This document shows, one piece after another, positions 25,925 through 38,517 of a stretch of 64,000 bases of DNA (positions are counted from its first letter, which is position 1; the number at the start of each line of letters is the position of its first letter). Source of the stretch: Squalus acanthias (lineage: Eukaryota); contig JASTWF010000341.1 in NCBI GenBank assembly GCA_030390025.1, positions 436,001 through 500,000 of the forward strand, given 5' to 3'. The notes below the pieces were generated by a model. The model was given only the letters and a program-made list of their open reading frames with translations. It made no database searches and was not told where the DNA came from. The position numbers were made by a program, and so were the translations under genes.

Positions 25925-28900
25925 GTGTCTGTCTTTCATGTTCCTTTACCTACTCTAGTGCTCCGAAGCAGTGCTACCCCAGTGGCTGCAGCATGGTTGG
26001 TGGAAGGTTGGTTTCCGTGGGTGAGACTGCAGATGGCCTTACAGGACGACCTCGAGCAGGTCTGGGCCTAGAAGGCCCGGCTGCGGACTGCACCATCTCG
26101 GCATAGGCAGCAGCAGTCTGGGCTGGCTAGGTGACAGGCAGCAGCAAGGACACTGGCGGAGTGGCAGTGGTGGGAGTAGGAATGCTGTCATCCTGAGAGA
26201 GGACAGCAGGTTCTTGCTCCATGGAGCCACTGCCACTCCCGCGGGGCGGCGCCTCAGCATTCCTAGCCATCTGTTGGAGCACAGATTGCTGGACTGCTGT
26301 GACACCCTGCAAGCCCCTTTCCACACTCGTAAACCCAGCCACGATGGCATCAGTCTGAGCCTACATGAGAGCAGTCTGAGCTTCCACTGCAGCACTCAGA
26401 TGTTGGATCACTTCCACTGTGCTGCAATGGAAGCTGTGACAGCGCCCATCACACCCAGCATCATGGTTGGGTCCACAAGTGTCCTAATGGTGTTGCCCAT
26501 CACTTCCATCCTGGAAAGCATGGACTCCGAACTCTGCGCAGAGCCCCGTGCAATGTTGGAGCTGGGCTCCTCCATGCTCCTTGACACTGACAAGAGACTC
26601 TCTGGCAGGCCTGCCATTGCACCAAGCATTTCTGTGTGCATGCCCATCACCTTTCTTCTGAAGGCCACCCGATCAAAGTCATCATCTGAGTCCTGTGCAG
26701 TAGAACTTGTGCGCGAACTCGCCCTCCGGGAAACTGCACCCGAGCTACCCTTTCCCCATGGCCTGGCTGCAGCCCACTCGTGCCTGGTGACTCACCACGT
26801 GCAGATCCCACCTCTATACTACGTCTAAAGTACACGCAGTGTCATTTTCTGAGCTGGTGCATGGGATTGTCAGATCGAGTGACGGTGCCTCTTCTTCTCC
26901 TTCACTCTCCCCCCTCTACAACGTTGGGGACAGGCTGGGCTACTGGCAGTTCTTGGGTATCTGAAAGGAGAAAGGCACAAATGTCGGGTTGTGGTGAGGG
27001 CGGGGGGTGGGCAGGGGGGCGGGAAAGCAAGAAATGCATGCTTACACCATCAGCAACCTGTAAGCGAGAAGAGATTTTGCCATGAAGGGTAAGTGGGATG
27101 TGAGAAAAAGGATTAGGTATGAGCATACCGTCATCAGCAATGCTTTCAACCTCGCCGCTCGCCACGGCCTCAGTGATGGCCTCTTCACTGATTTCCAGCA
27201 CTGTCTCCTCCAGTTGGCTCAGTGAGATTCTGAAGATGTGCTTCCCCTCTACCCATCTGCTGCTCACATCTGTTATGTGCCACCTTGGCCTGCAAGAGAA
27301 AGGGTAGTGTGTCAGTAAGTGTGGTGCAATGTGTTTGGGTGATGTGCTTGTCATGGTTGAATAGCTGGCAGTGTGTGCAAGCTGTGAGATATGTGTCATA
27401 GAGTTATACAGCACAGAAAGAGGCCCTTCGGCCCATCGTGTCCGCGCCGGCCATCAAGCCCTGTCTATTTTAATCCATTTTCCAGCACTTGGTCCGTAGC
27501 CTTGTATGCTATGGCGTTTCAAGTGCTCATCTAAATGCTTCTTGAATGTTGTGAGGGTTCCTGCCTCTACCACCTTTTCAGGCAGTGAGTTCCAGATTCC
27601 AACCACCCTCTAGGTGAAAAAGTTTTTCCTCAAATCCCCTCTAAACCTCCTGCCCCTTACCTTGAAACTATGCCCCCTGGTTATTGACCCCTCTACTAAG
27701 CGGAAAAGTTCCTTTCTATCTACCCTATCTATGCCCCTCATAATTTTGTACACCTCAATCAGGTCCCCCCTCAGCCTCCTCTGCTCTAAGGAAAACAACC
27801 CCAGCCTGTCCAGTCTCTCTTCATAGCTGAAGCGCTCCAGCCCAGGTAACATCCTGGTGAATCTCCTCTGCACCCACTCCAATGCAATCACATCCTTCCT
27901 ATAGTGTGGCGACCAGAACTGCACACAGTATTCCAGCTGTGGCCTAACTAGCGTTTTGTACAGCTCCATCATAACCTCCCTGCTCTTATATTCTATGCCT
28001 CAGCTAATGAAGGCAAGTATCCCATATGCCTTTTTAACCACCTTATCTACCTGTCCTGCTGCCTTCAGGGATCTATGTACATGCACGCCAAGGTCCCTCT
28101 GATCCTCTGTCCTTCCTAGGGTCCTACCATTCATTGTGTACTCCTTTGCCTTGTTAGTCCTCCCAAAATGCATCACCTCACACTTTTCAGGGTTAAATTC
28201 CATTTGCCACTGTTCTGCCCATCTGACCAACCCGTCTATATCGTCCTGTAGCCTGAGGCTTCCCTCCTCGCTATTTACCACTCCACCAATTTTCGTGTCA
28301 TCTGCGAACTTACTGATCATACCTCCTACATTCATATCCAAATCATTAATAAACACTACAAACAGCAAAGGACCCAGCACCGATCCCTGCAGTACACCAC
28401 TGGACACAGGCTTCCAGTCACAAAAACAACCTTCGACCATCACCCTCTGCCTCCTGCCACTAAGCCAATTTTGGATCCAATGTGCCAAGTTGCCCTGGAT
28501 CCCATGGGCTTTTATCTTCTTGACCAGTCTCCCATGCGGGACTTTGTCAAAAGCCTTACTGAAGTCCATGTAGACCACATCAACTGCACTACCCTCATCC
28601 ACACACATAGTCACCCCCTCAAAAAATTCAATCAAATTGGTCAGACATGATCTCCCCCTGACAAAGCCATGCTGACTATCCTTGATTAATCCTTGCCTCT
28701 CCAAGTGGAGACTAATTCTGTCCCTCAGAATTTTTTCCAATAATTTCCCTACCACTGATGTTAGGCTCACTGGCCTGTAATTCCCTGGTTTATCCCTACT
28801 ACCCTTCTTGAATAATGGTACTATGTTAGCTGTTCTCCAGTCCTCTGGCACCTCCCCTGTGGCCAGAGAGGTTCTGAAAATTTGTGTCAGAGCCCCTGCA

Positions 28901-30282
28901 ATCTCCTCCCTTGCCTCACACAGCAGCCTGGGATACATCTCGTCTGGGCCTCCTCCCTCTCAATACTAATTTGTTCAAGTATATCACAATCCCCCTGCCT
29001 GATTTCTATGCCTATATCGTCCTTCTCCATAGTGAACAGAGATGCAAAATATTCATTTAAACCCCACCTACATCTTCTGGCTCTACACACAGATTGCCAC
29101 TTTGGTCCCAAATGGGCGCTACTCTTTCCCTGGTTATCCTCTTGCCCTTAATATACTTATAAAACACCTTGGGATTTTCCTTTATTTTGCCCGCCAGTGT
29201 TATTTCATGCCCCCTTTTCGCTCTCCTAATTTCTTTTTTAAGTACCCCCCCTGCACTTTCTATACTCCTCTCGGGCTTCCACTGTTTTTAGTCCTTTGTA
29301 TCTGCCAAAAGCCTCCCTTTTTTTCCTAATCCATTTTCGTATATCCCTTGACATCCAGGGTTCCCTGGGCTTGTTGGTCCCACCCTTGACCTTTACGGGA
29401 ACATGTTGCCGTTGTACTCTCTCTATTTCCTTTCTGAAAGACTCCCACTGCTCTGATGTGGATTTTCCTACAAGTAGCTGATTCCAGTCCACTTTGGCCA
29501 GATCCTGCCTTATCATATTAAAATCGGCCTTCCCCCAATTTAGAACCTTTATCTCCGGTCCATCTTTGTCCTTTTCCATGACTACCTTACATCTCACCGA
29601 ATTATGGTCACTGTCACCAAAATGCTCTCCTACTAACACTTCTACCACTTGCCCGGCTACATTCCCTAGAATTAGGTCCAGTACCGCCCCCTCTCTTGTA
29701 GGACTTTCTACACGCTGGCTCAAAAAGCTCTGCTGGATGCACTTTAAGAATTCCGCACCCTCTAAGCCTTTCACACTCTGACTATCCCAGTTAATATTGG
29801 GGAAGTTGAAATCCCCTACTATTATTACCCTATTATTTCTACACTTCTCTGAGATTTGCCTACATATCTGTTCCTCTATCTTGTGAGTCTTGCAGCAGTG
29901 ATAAGTGTATGAGGGTGAGGTGAAGCTATGATTGTGAGTTATGAGTTGTGATTGCTAGAGATTGTTGGTAGGTGAGTGATGGGGTTATGGTGCATTGAGC
30001 AGTGTGTGAGGCTAGTGGTACAGTTGGTGGGGTATGGCATTTGAAGATGAGGCATTTGAGGTCATTAAACTACTTGCGGCACTGGATCCCGGTCCTGGGG
30101 GCAACACACGTGGCACTGACGGTTTCTGCTATCTCCTCCCACTGCCTCCTGGCATGCTGCCTGGAAGGCCTTCTGCCCCCTGCGGGTAGAGGACCTGTCT
30201 TCTTCTGTGCACCCCCAGGACCAAGGCCTCCAGTGCTGCATCAGAAGATCTCCTTCCCCTCTCTCTTCCCTGTTTGAGTCAT
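25925..30282 (-). pseudogene. Harbinger Myb/SANT DNA-binding gene pseudogene (spliced; CR1 inserted in intron 1)
   Basis: Exon 1 remnant FSDAALEALV...QWEEIAETVSATCVAPRTGIQCRK*FNDL near 30060-30282; later exons 27290-25925 (LSQLEETVLEI; SMEEPSSN); frameshifted. Confidence 0.75.
27396..29881 (-). mobile_element. CR1 LINE, 5'-truncated, relatively young
   Basis: PTREGAVLDLIL, GNYRPVSLTSVVGKLLE, SQHGF, YMDFSKAFDKVPH, QGSVLGPLLF, KFADDTK, LYKTLVRPQLEY; tail ...ctgtgctgtataactctatga. Confidence 0.96.
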
Positions 30283-31452
30283 GGTTGCATGCAGAGCTTA
30301 GCGCTCCAATCATGTAAATGATCAGGCAGCACGAATTTTGAGTGCTGCCTGCACCACTTTGAACCCGGCACTCCCTGCGCCTGTTTTCGGGTCTAATCAT
30401 ATTTCACCCCTCTTCAGTTTCAATACATGAGAGAACAAAGTCACACTCATTAAAAAGGTAGGATAGCTGATACCATACAGAAGTGCATCTTTTGTTTGTC
30501 AGCAGGCCACTTTTAAGCAGTCAGCTTGGACACATGGCTTTTAAGTCCACCAATTTCAGCAGATTAATTTGGGTAGAGCTTGCTACTACACTAATGTGAT
30601 ATTTTCCATTTCCCACACCAGTCATCCTGTGACCTCTCTGAGTGAGATTATCTGTCAGTACCATTTTATGCTGTGGATACATGCCCACAAGGACTGGCCA
30701 GAGACTGTCCAAACGCACTATAGTATTCTTACATCCAACAGGTAGCGGAGTCTGTTATTCAACGACTGCTGGATGTGAAAGGGGTCTTTGATGTAGTTCT
30801 TAATTGGGATTTCTAGGTTTCAAAAATGAAAATATAATGTGGTGGCCCACCCTGCTGCTTAGTCCACTCAGCAGCAAATTTAAACACATTTTGAATCGTT
30901 TCTCCTATTAACCAAGCAAAAAAAACCACAATTCCGAAGATTATGTCGAAAGAAAGCATTATGGGGGGAAAATTGTTTCGGTTGAAATGTTGTAAACACA
31001 TTCAGAGAATGATTCCTCGACAAATAATGACCAGAGCAATTCTTAATTGAGAAGTGATCAATCTTTTTGGCAAAATTGATTTGATATTTTTAAAGGAGCA
31101 ATTGTACCTCAAACAAACTGTTTAACAAATCAGTACACATTACAATAAACGTGTTTGGGCTAAGTATTAGTCAGCACAATTTCCTTTTTTATCCACAAGT
31201 TGAGTACATAATTAAAAGGGAATTGTGCAGTTTATTGATTGTTCAATAAGAAAAGTATCTATACATGCCAAAACATCATAGGAACAGTGAAATCAAAATT
31301 CAGGGATTTATGCTGTTGAAAGTTCAGCAGCTATTTATCAGTCAATAGGTCATGTTCTTGCATTATCCTGGTTGTAACTTTCTTCAGTGTAAGATATTAA
31401 TATTTCTCAGCTGCCTGTCTCCCTTTAAATACAGTCTCAGTTTTGAATGCAG

Positions 31453-31604
31453 GTGTCAGAGGAGATGTTGAAAATTATGGAGCAGTGGAATATTGGTTCC
31501 GGCTACGTGTGGCAATGGCTCAGGCCATTCGGCTTTACAAAGAACGAACGAAGGCCCGAGGATATATAACTTCCAGTCATCATGCAATTGATCAAACACA
31601 ACAG
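31453..31604 (+). CDS. RPGRIP1L: RPGRIP1L coding exon ((G)[41 protein letters not shown]...Q)
   Basis: tgcag acceptor, gtgaac donor, 152 bp, phase 1 to 0; matches RPGRIP1L [32 protein letters not shown]. Confidence 0.96.
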
Positions 31605-32154
31605 GTGAACTCTTTGTCGTTAAAATTTTTTAGCTGGATTTAGGTTTGGTAAAGTGTCAAAATCTTTGAAAAAATGTTCTGTACAGTAAAAAGTTTTTGT
31701 AAATGAATGTAGAGATTTTTAATCTCATCACTGTGGTAGAAGTAGAGAGGATTTATATTATGGTGCTGTATCTGTGTGAAAACATGGCTTCTCAGTAATT
31801 AGAAATAATGCATAAGATTTTAAACAAACTTTATAAGAATCCTCTGATCAGACAGCTGGCCCTTCGAAAGTGTATGGGCTCGATTTTGTCATGGGGCGGG
31901 CTGGGGGCGTGTCATCCGCTTTTCGTGTTAGCCACCCGACTCCAATTTCATGTGGGAAAAATATGCGATTTTCCCCTGATTGAGCAATTGATTTCCAGCG
32001 TGTGGGAACCCCTGGCCCAATTAGTCTTTCCATTCTGAAACTCGCCTCCGATGACATCATCAATGCTGCTGGATTTAAGGCCTGCAAGCAGCCTTGCTTC
32101 TTCTGCAGACTGCAAACCTTTTGGCCTTTGCTCTGATAGTTTCTTCCAGGCAAA

Positions 32155-34162
32155 ATGTCCAGCAGTAGACCTAAGTCTGCACCGAGGTTTGATGACGCCG
32201 CCCTGCAAGCTCTGGTGGAGGGAGCAAGAGGGAATAAGGAGGTGCTCTTCCCTTCTTCAGGGAGGAAGAAGCCTCCCCAGCAGACGAAGGCTGTGTGGAT
32301 GCAAGTGGCCCAGGAGGTCAACTCCTTATCTATGTGCCGCAGAACCTGGCTGCAGTGCAGGAAGGGGTTTCATGACCTTCTGCGCACTGGAAAAGTAAGT
32401 ATGACTTTCCCATCACCCTCAATCTGATCCCCATTGCCTCTCCTCACCAGCACTCAGCTTTGACAACCTCTTCCTCCACATCCCACTCGACACTGACATC
32501 CCTGCACCCTTACCCATTCCCTCTCTCTGTATGTTCACATTCACTTAACTATTCAACTATGCAGCCCTCACACTCCCTATCGCTGTGATGCAATGAAAAC
32601 AACTTATAACTCACAGGGAGGGCCCTTAGTCTTGCCACCTCACTGAATCTTTGTCTCCTTCTAGGCATCTATGCTATGGATTCTCTACACTCACTCCTTC
32701 ATTCTCACTCAAACTCCACTTGTCTCCCTCATTGCAGGAAAAGAGAGCTCACAATAAGAGGGAAAGAGCGAGGACAGGAGGAAGGCCACCCTCAGTAGCC
32801 CAGCTCAACCCCTGGGAGGAGGCGGTCCTGGAGATCGTGGGAGTGGAGGACGATGCACAAGTGGGGGACGGACAGACGGGTGCATCAGAGCAAGCTGGTG
32901 ACAGAATAGTTTTTCATCTCTCTCATTGACATTGCATGAGTCACTGATAATGATTCTAATGCTCTAACAGATTGACTTATGATCATCTGCAATATTCAAT
33001 GTGCATGTAACCTTGGCCTCACATCTCTGACTCTTTCCTTTACTCCCCCACAGGACCATCGAAAGCCCCCGTCCCCACTATCCAAGAGGAACAGCCTGAG
33101 CCTCCAGACACCTCAGAGGAAGCTGCAACCTCTGAGGGCGCAGCGTCAGCAGAATTCAGCCCACCCAGCACCAGCGCAGACACTCACATCTCGGTGGTAC
33201 CTTTGCGAAATAGTGTAGTGTTATCACCTGGCGTATCACAGCTCACAAGTGAGCATCAGCAGATGGTGGAGACAGGGACAGCAATGGAGAGTCCTAGTTG
33301 GAGGGCGCAGGACTCTGCCAGCTCGGCTCAGCTGCATGTCGACCCTCGGCCTCCAGGTCCATCCAGAAGAAGAGCGGTGCTGGAACTCCAGGAAGAGGTG
33401 CAGGAGTCTCTGGCAGGTTTTGTCTCCAGGGTCGCTGTGAGTGTGGAGCAAATGGAGGAGTCCATCGCTAACATGAGCAGAGCCTTTGTGGAGACATTGG
33501 CACATGAACGCATCACCACGGAAAAGATGGCAACCTCCGTGGAAAGCATGGCTACCTCCATGGTAAGGCTGGCTACCGTAGAGGAGAGGATGGCTACGGT
33601 AGAGGAGAGGATGGCTACGTCCATCGAGGAGCTTAGTCGCCAGGGTATGGAAAGCATGGTCAATGTTCAGAATAGACTGACATCTCTTGAGGAGCGATGG
33701 TTAGCTATTGAGCAAACAAACCAGACCTTCAGGCAAGTCCTCGGGAGTCGGACTTCCAGTACAGAAACGGGTCCTCATGACCCCCCTGAAGTGCAGCAAG
33801 GTGCTGTCAAGCCACTTGCTAGCTCTGAAGTGGGGCTGACCCATGAGAGGGATGTTGGTGGCAGACAACAAGGAAGTGGGGGCTCCTCTCCAAGTGCTCA
33901 CACGACCATGCCACTGCAAAGTCCTCGGTCAGAGCCCCACCAGAGTCCCCACCCAACTGAGATCGGCGTCTCAACCCCTGCACAGCTGCAGGAGCAGCAG
34001 ACTGGTGCCGAGCCCTCACAGGCTCGCAACCCCAGAGGACACCCGCCAAAGGTGTCGAGACAGAAACAGCAAGAAAGTGAGCAAGGGGCCTCCACATCTG
34101 CTGAAGCCACAGGGGAAGCACCACGTAGGAGCACGCGTAAGAGGAAGATAATGCACAAGTAG
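32155..34162 (+). CDS. Intact 3-exon Harbinger Myb/SANT-like (NAIF1/MSANTD-type) protein, 502 aa; exons 32155-32394, 32738-32897, 33054-34162
   Basis: Exon 1 APRFDDAALQALVE...WMQVAQEVN...RTWLQCRKGFHDL; both introns GT-AG with phases 0 and 1; no stop until 34160-34162; AATAAA at 34230-34235; same exon layout as the decayed paralog at 42003-43637. Confidence 0.88.
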
Positions 34163-34410
34163 TCACAAGGGTAGTCACTTGGGTGAAATGTCATGTTTAA
34201 TGTTGAAAAGCCATCAGTTGGTTATTGTAAATAAAAAATTCTGATGGCAACTGTTGCAGTTGTGGCATCTGTCATATCGCTAATGGGACTTCCACACTGA
34301 GGGCTTAGGATGACTTGCAATTGTCAGTATGGTGGTCAGAGTGATAGGTTCTTGGCCATTGTCGATGGTCTGATAAGAAGGTGCGAGGCAAAAGTGTTTG
34401 ATTGTGCAGG

Positions 34411-34637
34411 CTAAGCAAATCTGGCCAAGAGGAGTGCGTCCCTTGCATCCTGGGCAGCAATGTGGTCGCGCGCTGGCGCCTTCTGGCCTGTGCAGCTTCA
34501 GGTGGGTGAGCAGCAGCTTGGCGCTCCTGTTGTTGCTGCTGCTATTGGTGGTGCTGTTGTTCATGGATCTGTTGCTGCCACGGCTGGTCTTCGTCCGAAT
34601 CTGATGTCCAGGAGGAAAGGAAATAAATGGTTCCCAT
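34411..34637 (-). pseudogene. Transposase remnant: Q-rich N-terminus joined to C-terminal helix, catalytic core absent
   Basis: MGTIYFLSSWTSDSDEDQPWQQQIHEQQHHQ*QQQ... then, in a shifted frame, HIAAQDARDALLLARFA*; homologous to the two ends of the transposase at 43931-45320. Confidence 0.8.
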
Positions 34638-37600
34638 GCTTCTGGTATATGCCTCAGTTGAGGAAGCGCTCATTCAAGGTGGCGAGAGGGGTTTCCCAGG
34701 AGGTCACACTGGAGATGGGTGTCAGGCTCCAAACTTCCACAACAATGGGTATGCCTGCTAAAAGTTCCCCCAGACCTGAGACAACAAAGTTTTGCCACCT
34801 GCAAATGAAGATTACTGAAAACTCCTTTTTAATGGTGGAGCTGCAGCTGTTAGTAAGCAATCCACTTGTGCTGCCGCCAGGTTTCACTGGCGTGTTTCAG
34901 AGGAGACATGAACCACGTGGGAAAAGTGTTAAAATCAGAAAGGCCTCTCAAAATGGGATTATAGAGGCACTTAACTGGTTCTTAAGGGCCTATCCCGCCT
35001 CTTGGAGGCGGGATGGAGACGGGGTCACAAAACTCGCATTTGGGAAAATTGCTCGGAGGCGGGATGGAGGTGGGATCGGGCCCGCCCGCCATTTTTCGCG
35101 ATTTTAACACCTCACACGCCTCCAATCCTGCCTCCTCGGGCCTGGCAAAATCGAGCCCTATGTGTTAGAACCACAAATTTCTGTCTTTATTTCATATGAT
35201 TTTATAGTCTCTAGATTCAAAATGGAAAATGGTCTGTCTTTGGTGAGTTTCAAAATTGAAGACAGGAGCATATCTTGGACAATTAGATTCTAGTTGATTT
35301 TATCTTGGCCGTTGATCATTGTCATCTTCCAGTTTCAAACTTATGTCAAATGTCACAAATCCTTCCTAGTGACTGACTTACACACTGCAGGGCATAGATG
35401 ACATGTGCTATCACGTGACTTTCTGAAGCTTGCTTGAAGTTCAGCACAAGAACTTGATGTGACCAATCATTTTCTAGGAAGCTGTCCTGGTTACATGGAT
35501 ATTGAAGCTGAATTCATCTTGGTGCAGAGACTTCAGATTACAGTCCTTCATAGAAGCATTCCTCCATTCTTGGGTCATAAAAGGAGTTAAGTGTGAGCTG
35601 AGAACGGTTTCAGGAGTACCACAAAATAAAGTACTGGCCAAACCGATGTTCTGTGTCAGCTCATGCATTTATGGATATGGCATGAGGTGCTCCAGGAACC
35701 ACACAGTCTCCTTCAGCATCAGGTAGAGGCCTGTCCAGCTTTCTGGTTTTAAACTGGGCCAACATCATCTTACACCAGTTATGCTGCTGTGACCAGAGAT
35801 TCTAAGTACAAACAGGTATTCCAGAATTTCAGTGCAATTTTTGCCGTTACTGAAAGCCTCAAATTCTGCTGCAGTGTTGATTTAAGTCGACTCCGACATC
35901 AAGACTCAGAAATAGGCACATTTCAACACTTAAGCCAGCATACATCATGTAAAAAAGGTAGAATTTAGATTAGATTCAGGCACAAATATATTAATACCAC
36001 ATTTATGCTGCACTGAATGATACAGTATTAATTTCCGCATTGATGCAACAGGGAGCCATGTTTTTGCTGCCTACTCACATGGCTATAAAGTAGGGCTCCA
36101 TGCTCACAGGGATTGCTGCTCACCAGGCTCCCATCATCTGTGTGAGTTTTAATGATCAAAAGCAGCTGACAAGTTAGCTCCTCAATCATTAAAATAGTCA
36201 ATAAAGTTTATTTTAACTTTAAAAGCTTACTTTTTTTGGTGGGGCCAAACTGACTACGTTTACACTAGTCAATTTCTATTCTTCCTGGTGTGAGACTACC
36301 ACATCCAGGTGTTTTCTATTGGATTATTGACTCAAAGTGCTTCTTCCTGGAGTTACCTGGAGATGTGACTTAGTTGCTCAAGCAATAAAGAATGTCAATT
36401 AGTCATAGAGTCATAATTACTCAGAACAGCTGCATCAGCAGTAATAGTACAGTGAGCTTGGATAAAGCACTGAGACACTTGCTGGTTTTAACTTCCACAT
36501 CAAAACTTCACACATGGGGGCGAAATTGGGCCTCAATTTGCCTGTTTTTCTAGCGCGAAACTGGTCCACAACATACTCATTTCTAGCATAGATTGCTCAC
36601 AACCGAAACGCACCAGAAGTGCGTCGGTCGCCATATTGGTGTGGGTACCCCATAGTCATCCCAGGCTCCTGCCTAAGTTGAGCACGGAGCCAATTAAAAT
36701 ACTATAATGAGGGTCCCAGCACCGAATTAGGACCCATCTAGGAAATTGGTTTGTGCTAGCACCTGATTTGCCAGTTCTTAAGCCCGCCTAGTGAATCATG
36801 ACGGAAACAGTCGGGAAGCAGCCTTCACAAAGGCTATTTAAAGAGCGCCTCACCTCCATTAAGCTAAGTTCCTGGTTAGTCATTTCAGGCTGGTAGGGTA
36901 CTTGTTGGGTTGGTTTCAGCTGCAATTGCAGTGCTTGAAAACATTTTTAATCTACTTTTTGGAGGTGCAGCAGCTATTCTGTCTTTGCAATTCTGCATAG
37001 TTGCTGCTGTCGTAGGTATTATGCTGGGTCTGCCATTGTGGCTGCTGGATGAGGAGCAGAAGCATCAGTGAGGGAGAGTCTAGCCCAGCTGGCTGCTTGA
37101 CACCAACAAGAGCACTAGTTGAGAGGCTGGCAGGGTAGCAAGCATGCTGCAATCCTGGGAGAGGACACAATGTGCCTCTCCCATGATGCCACTGGCACTC
37201 TCTTGGGGTGGAGCCTCAGCCTGCGAACAGAATACAGGAGTGAAGTGAGGCTCTCAAAGCCGCTTTCTCTTGTGTCCCTCATGGCTTGAAAGCTAGAGGA
37301 AATGGTCGTAATCTGAGCTCCCAGCAAAGCAGTCAGAGCTGCCACTAGAGGCCCCAAGGCTGTGGGCCTCCCTGCAGTGTTCACAGACCACTTGCTGCAT
37401 GGTTGACTGTAGTGTTCTGATGACCTGCGTGAGGATCCCACACAGGTTGGAGCTGGACTCCTCCATACTCTGTGCCAGTGTGCGGAAGCTCGCTGGCAGG
37501 CACATATAGGTTCCTGGTGTACAGCCATCAGCCTTCCATAATGTGGGACGAAGACATCATCAACTGTGCCCTCTGCAGCATGTCTCAGATGCGAGTTCTC

Positions 37601-37712
37601 TGTTCGGGGGGGCTGCTTCCTGGGCTGTCTAATCACCCTGCTCTTGCTCCAGCACACGAGTGCTGGGTGCATCATCCTGTGTTGATGCTTCTAACCTACC
37701 CTCTGAAATACA

Positions 37713-38517
37713 GAGTGAAGAAGAGTATGCCAGGAGCAGCACCAGGCGTACTAAAAATGAGGTGCCAACCTGGGGAAGCTGCAACACAGGACTACATGCA
37801 TGCTAAAAAGCAGAAGCAGTATGCGATAGACAGAGCTAAGCGATCCCACAATCAGCGGATCAGATCAAAGCTCTGCAGTCCTACCACATCCAGTCGTGAA
37901 TGATGGTGGACAATTGAACAACTAACGGGAAGAGGACGCTCCATGAATATCCCCATCCTCAATGATGGCAGAGCCTAGCACGCGAGTGCAAAAGACAAGG
38001 CCGAAGCATTTGCCAGAAGTGCTGAGTGGATAATCCATATCGGCCTCCTGCTGAGGTCCCCACCATTACAGCAGCCAGTCTTCAGCCAATTTGATTCACT
38101 CCATGTGATATCAAGAAATGGCTGAACGCACTGGATACAGCAAAGGCTATGGCCCCTGGCAACATCCCGGCTGTCGTGCTGAAGACTTGTGCTCCAGAAC
38201 TAGTTGCGCCTCTAGCCAAGCTGTTCCAGTACAGCTACAACACTGGCATCTACCCGACAATGTGGAAAACTGTCCAGGCATGTCCTATCCACAAAAAGGA
38301 CAAATCCAATCCGGCCAATACCCGCCCCATCAGTCTACTCTCAATCATCAGCAAAGTGATGGAAGGTGCCGTCAACAGTGCTATCAAGCAGCACTTACTC
38401 ACCAATAACCTGCTCACCAATGCTCAGCTTGGGTTCCGCAGGGACCACACGGTTCCAGACCTCATTACAGCCTTGGTCCAAACATGGACGAAAGAGCTGA
38501 ATTCCAGAGGTGAAGTG
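37713..38517 (+). mobile_element. Internal RT fragment of a CR1-group LINE (same family as 46280-48368)
   Basis: LKTCAPELVAPLAKLFQYSYNTGIYP...NTRPISLLSIISKVME; no 3' tail. Confidence 0.88.

Larger units (their letters stand above)
23641..30411. mobile_element. PIF/Harbinger element, subfamily B, degenerate, with nested RTE and CR1
   Basis: TIR-like GGCCGTGAAATT / TATTTCACCCCT; transposase on +, spliced Myb/SANT gene on -, convergent; colinear with 59154-63073. Confidence 0.85.
31876..35158. mobile_element. Non-autonomous PIF/Harbinger element, subfamily A, with intact Myb/SANT gene and deleted transposase
   Basis: TIRs GGGCTCGATTTTG(T/C)CA, 15/16 match (31876-31891, 35143-35158); 3-bp TSD TAT (31873-31875, 35159-35161). 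Confidence 0.95.

Noticed and set aside
33521..33625. CRISPR-like repeat array
   Set aside because: Contiguous coding 21-mers with no spacers, in eukaryotic DNA
34460..35107. 215-aa plus-strand ORF
   Set aside because: Antisense shadow of the transposase remnant and GC-rich subterminal region; no domain recognised
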